Shown here: one piece after another, positions 51,043 to 54,802 of the stretch | Position numbering within the stretch: position 1 is the first letter of the stretch | Layout: every line of letters starts with the position of its first letter | Source: Clostridiales bacterium | GTDB taxonomy: Bacteria > Bacillota > Clostridia > Saccharofermentanales > Saccharofermentanaceae | Assembly: GCA_017513085.1 (NCBI GenBank) | Contig: JAFWDK010000020.1 | Location: 1-54,802, forward strand | Reading direction: 5' to 3' | DNA length: 54,802 nucleotides | Translations under genes and position numbers: made by a program | Notes under the pieces: model-generated | The model's input: only the letters and a program-made list of their open reading frames with translations | Databases searched by the model: none | What the model was told of the DNA's origin: nothing

Positions 51043-54000
51043 ATGAAGTCAGGAAAAATGACGACGCTGAGGCGGGTCAGACTCGCCTCGGTGGTTCTTG
51101 CGTCTGCACTTAGCCTGCCGATGATCTCAATGCTTGGGATCGCGAAGACAGCGAAAGTACGCGCAGCCGAAAAGAACGAGCAGAACACGCAGTTAGGCGT
51201 GACACAGATTGCGGAGCCGGTAGTACCGACAGATTTTACGGATCCGTGGAAGGGAAGTTATGTGTATTACGGAAAGTATGACGGGGAGCCGATCATGTTC
51301 CGTGTACTGGATACCGATGCGACAGACTTCGGAGCAGAATCGCTCTTTCTGGACAGCGATAAGATCCTTTTTGATGCAAAGTATAACAACGTTTACAAAC
51401 TGACCGTCTGGGACGAAAGTGACCTGCACTACGCCCTCAACGGAAGTTCTTTTCTCACAAAAGAAGGCGTCTTCACAGACGCGGAAAGAGACGCTATTTT
51501 ATCGAGTACAGTTGAAACGACACCATTGGAGGGACTTGATCCGACGCCTATGTCGATTTTTAAGAACTACATGGGACTAAAGGGTGACAAGATCTTCCTT
51601 CTGGACGCCAGAGATCTTATGACAGAGAAATATGGATATGAGAAAGTCTACAACGGCGGAAACAGCCTGGTTTCATCAAATGGCCGTGTGAAGCGGTCAC
51701 TTACGGGTGGGAAACTGAATTACTGGCTGAGAACGGCCTGCTATAGTGCAAGTTCTACTCTGGTCCGTGAGGTCGGTAGTTTCGGTGCTACAAATAATAC
51801 TAATATTCCTATTGGAGTAGCTCCGGCGATGAATATCACCAGAGGCTCGATCCTGTTTTCCTCTTTGATTTCCGGAAATGCCGGGGAGGTCGGAGCCGCT
51901 TATAAGCTCACGATCAAGGATAGCGGATTGAAGGTTACCGTTCCTTCCGACAAAAAAGTGGTCCTGGACAATAACAAGATCACGATTCCGTATGAAATCA
52001 GTGGGGCCCGCGCTGGAGAAGCGACGCAGCTCTCGGTTTTGGTTACGGATAAAAAGTACACGGAAAAAGACGCGAAGATCCTCCTTTACGGCCAAGTCAA
52101 TGAAGAAGGCGCTCTTGCCAAGAAGGGCGAGGTATCGGTTACACTTCCGGATACGGTTGCCGGTACATGTGGTGATGATTATTTCGTTTACCTTATTGCG
52201 GAAGACGTGAACGGCGAGTATGAGACGGATTACGCGAGTGAACCGTGCGAGATTTCTGTCGACAAGAGAAGTATTTATATTGACCTTCGCGAACAAACGG
52301 CCAAGATCTCCAATCTTGAAGCAACATCGATCTTCCTCGCAGTGCTTACCGAGGTCGTGACGTCCCGTAGTGAACACAAAGTTGAACCTGGTTTCGGAGA
52401 AGGTGTATTTTTGTATATCGATCTGGACAAGGACGGCAACGAAGACTTTATGTGGTCTCTGGATTATTCGACAATGGTGAAGAGACTTCCGACGACCAAT
52501 ATCCGAGGAACGTATTCGATTGGTGAGGAGGATCTGAAAAAACTCCAGCTTGATTCCTTTGATTTCGAGTTTGCGAGAACTCTGATCCCGGATGTTTCCG
52601 TCGATGTAAAAGCACCTGCCTTAGGTGAGAAGCCGGATTATTCTTCTGTGCTTCCGAATGATGTGCATTACTATACTGTTGCCAATACTGTTGATCCTGA
52701 TTTAATGAAGGATGGTGTGGAGTGGATCGATGTAACTGCCAACACACCTCTGAACGTGACTGCGAATGAAAAATTCAAGGCGAATCATCAGTATTCCGTG
52801 AACATCCTTGTTTCGGCAGAAAATGAATATAAATTCAGTTCGTCAACAAAGTTTACGATCAATGGAAAGAATCCTTCAAAAGTTACCGTTTTGGAAGATC
52901 GGCTGGCTTTGGTCGAGTACGAGTTCGCCAAACTGGTGCCGACCAATACACCTACTCCGACTCCAAAACCGGCGACGCCGACGCCTACAACCAAGCCGGC
53001 AACGCCGACACCTACAGCTAAGCCTGCTACCCCGACTCCGAAGCCGGGCACGCCTGGCCAGCCGACTCCGACCACTGCGCCGGGAAATCCAGGCAAGCCG
53101 GGTGATCCGACAGTCACACCGAAGCCGGGCACGCCGGGTCAGCCGGGCCAGCCTACTCCGACCACTGCACCGGGAAATCCAGGCAAACCGGGTGATCCGA
53201 CAGTTACACCGAAGCCGGGCCAGCCTGGCCAGCCTGGCCAGCCGACTCCAACGACGGTTCCGGGCAAGCCGGCTCCGACAGAGGCTCCGTCAAAAGAACC
53301 GACGTTTAAGGACTTTGTGGAAAGACTGTATGTCATTGCTTTGAACCGTGCCTCTGAGCCGGAGGGTAAAGCTTTCTGGGTTTCAAAAGTTGAGAACGGT
53401 GAATACAATGGCGCTGACTGCGCGCGTTTCTTCCTTCTCGAAGCACCGGAGTTCATGAACCGTGGCCTCGGCGATGAGGATTTTGTCGAGATCCTTTATA
53501 GGACATTCTTTGACCGTGCATCCGATGCGGCCGGAAAGAAGGGCTGGGTCGATGCGATCAAGTCCGGAAAGATGACACGTGCACTCGTGGTTGAGAACTT
53601 CATCGAGTCCACCGAATGGTGCAATATCTGCGCGACCTACGGCGTCCGCTCCGGTGCGAAGTGGCACAAAGCCGAGTTCGCTTCTAAGAACGCGATCAAC
53701 TTCGCCACACGCCTCTACACCTGCTGCCTCGGCCGTGCGGCGGAGGATGCCGGCCTGAAGTACTGGAGTCTGGCACTTACCAATCTCGAACAGACCGGTT
53801 GCAGCGCAGCAAAAGAATTCTTCAAGAGCGCAGAGTTCGTCAACCTTAAACTTAAGGATGACGAGTACGTGAAGAGATTGTATAAGACCTTCATGGATAG
53901 AGAGCCGGAAGCATCCGAAGTCGCTTACTGGGTCGGAGAAATCAATGCCGGCCGCCAGACCCGCGACAGCGTGCTGAGCTTCTTCGGTCAAAGTGAAGAG

Positions 54001-54048
54001 TTCACTAAGATCTGCAAGAAATACGGTATCGAGCGCGGCGAGATCTGA
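51043..54048 (+). CDS. Surface protein: DUF6273-like domain, P/T/G-rich linker, C-terminal DUF4214 domains
   Basis: YVYYGKYDGEPIMFRVLD, DKIFLL, YWLRT...GVAPAMNI; PT/PG repeats; FKDFVERLY...GIERGEI. Confidence 0.8.
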   Translation: MKSGKMTTLRRVRLASVVLASALSLPMISMLGIAKTAKVRAAEKNEQNTQLGVTQIAEPVVPTDFTDPWKGSYVYYGKYDGEPIMFRVLDTDATDFGAESLFLDSDKILFDAKYNNVYKLTVWDESDLHYALNGSSFLTKEGVFTDAERDAILSSTVETTPLEGLDPTPMSIFKNYMGLKGDKIFLLDARDLMTEKYGYEKVYNGGNSLVSSNGRVKRSLTGGKLNYWLRTACYSASSTLVREVGSFGATNNTNIPIGVAPAMNITRGSILFSSLISGNAGEVGAAYKLTIKDSGLKVTVPSDKKVVLDNNKITIPYEISGARAGEATQLSVLVTDKKYTEKDAKILLYGQVNEEGALAKKGEVSVTLPDTVAGTCGDDYFVYLIAEDVNGEYETDYASEPCEISVDKRSIYIDLREQTAKISNLEATSIFLAVLTEVVTSRSEHKVEPGFGEGVFLYIDLDKDGNEDFMWSLDYSTMVKRLPTTNIRGTYSIGEEDLKKLQLDSFDFEFARTLIPDVSVDVKAPALGEKPDYSSVLPNDVHYYTVANTVDPDLMKDGVEWIDVTANTPLNVTANEKFKANHQYSVNILVSAENEYKFSSSTKFTINGKNPSKVTVLEDRLALVEYEFAKLVPTNTPTPTPKPATPTPTTKPATPTPTAKPATPTPKPGTPGQPTPTTAPGNPGKPGDPTVTPKPGTPGQPGQPTPTTAPGNPGKPGDPTVTPKPGQPGQPGQPTPTTVPGKPAPTEAPSKEPTFKDFVERLYVIALNRASEPEGKAFWVSKVENGEYNGADCARFFLLEAPEFMNRGLGDEDFVEILYRTFFDRASDAAGKKGWVDAIKSGKMTRALVVENFIESTEWCNICATYGVRSGAKWHKAEFASKNAINFATRLYTCCLGRAAEDAGLKYWSLALTNLEQTGCSAAKEFFKSAEFVNLKLKDDEYVKRLYKTFMDREPEASEVAYWVGEINAGRQTRDSVLSFFGQSEEFTKICKKYGIERGEI

Positions 54049-54088
54049 ACGGGCGCTAACGAAACATTCGATAAAATGAGATGAATGA

Positions 54089-54131
54089 ACCCCTTGCGAA
54101 GTGGACGCCACGTCGCAAGGGGTGTTTTTTT
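54089..54131 (+). terminator. Intrinsic terminator
   Basis: CCCCTTGCGA/TCGCAAGGGG stem plus TGTTTTTTT. Confidence 0.8.
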
Positions 54132-54230
54132 ATTTGCGAGCTTTCATATTTGCATGTTGCCGGACGGATTTATCTCGAAAGCACTCGATGGACGATATTA
54201 ATCTAACTGAACTAAGCAGTTTCATGCCCG

Positions 54231-54550
54231 GGTTAGATCATTTGACTGGTTTTGTATCGTATGGTCTAACCTGTTTCGAGCCTGAGTTAGATCATTGGAC
54301 TGGTTTTGTATCGCATGGTCTAACCAAGTTCCATGGCCGATTAGCGCAAGTGGGTATATTCAACGTGTTTGAGCTAATCTTATCCTCATGTCCTGTCACC
54401 TTTGATTAGCGCATTTCGCGATTTTTCGTCATGTGGTCTAACCAGGGGTAACTTTTGGTTAGCGCATTTGCGACAATCTTGCCAAAAGCGCTAACCGCGA
54501 GTTCTTTTTGATAAGACCATTTCGGCTGTTTTGATATAAATGAGCTAAAG
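54231..54550. repeat. Array of six 36-37-bp palindromic units TTAG(ATCA/CGCA)...(GT/AG/CG)CTAA with variable loops and spacers
   Basis: Units start at 54233, 54287, 54341, 54406, 54459, 54512 (last begins TAAG). Confidence 0.75.
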
Positions 54551-54600
54551 GATGAGTTTCCCTTTTTTGTTTTGGAATTGTAGAAAAACACTATGCCTGA

Positions 54601-54629
54601 TTGACGTATACACGCGAGACGGGTATAAT
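54601..54629 (+). promoter_or_regulatory. sigmaA promoter with overlapping palindromic operator (higBA)
   Basis: TTGACG-17 bp-TATAAT; TATACACG/CGGGTATA imperfect inverted repeat across the spacer and -10. Confidence 0.75.
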
Positions 54630-54636
54630 GCTATAC

Positions 54637-54684
54637 ATGATTAAAAGTTTTGCCGACAAAGAAACAGAGAAAGAATGTGATAGT
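54637..54684 (+). pseudogene. higB: HigB toxin remnant (first about 12 codons)
   Basis: MIKSFADKETEK is a typical HigB N-terminus; the rest is missing. Confidence 0.7.
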
Positions 54685-54802
54685 ATGGCAGATTATATGA
54701 TTGAGCTACCAACAGTTGGGGAGATTTTGCAAGAGGAGTTTATGATTCCGCTTGGTGTGTCTTCGTATAAACTTGCTAAGGAGATCAATGTGCCGGTGTC
54801 GC
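54685..54802 (+). CDS. higA: HigA-family antitoxin (runs off the window edge)
   Basis: PTVGEILQEEFMIPLGVSSYKLAKEINVPVS HTH. Confidence 0.85.
   Translation, partial: MADYMIELPTVGEILQEEFMIPLGVSSYKLAKEINVPVS

Overview
About 55 kb of chromosome from a moderately GC-rich Clostridia-type Firmicute. The DUF4214/LRR surface proteins, GH43/GH36 and the rpsF-ssb-rpsR-rplI-dnaB-tilS-hpt-ftsH order suggest a Saccharofermentans/Oscillospiraceae-like fibre degrader (inference). Housekeeping genes (trmB, hpf, prfA, a sua5-ywlE fusion, spoVG, murC) are mixed with accessory DNA: an IS3 right end, an orphan pilT, an integrase-less ABC-exporter islet bounded by 88-bp direct repeats at tRNA-Ser(GGA), four tandem paralogous lipoproteins, four large modular surface proteins and a higBA locus with the toxin deleted. 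Three signals stand out. (1) Four intergenic arrays of 36-40-bp palindromic units have periods (53-54, 63-65, 73-74 bp) close to whole DNA helical turns. One has variable loops and spacers and sits directly behind an uncharacterised PD-(D/E)XK-like nuclease gene, a candidate nuclease + repeat-array system. (2) The 9-mer AGTGCTTTT is strongly over-represented (at least 20 copies by eye) and strand-skewed. (3) A DUF6273 domain contains an NNT-codon patch resembling a DGR variable region. All domain calls come from motif recognition by eye, not database searches.
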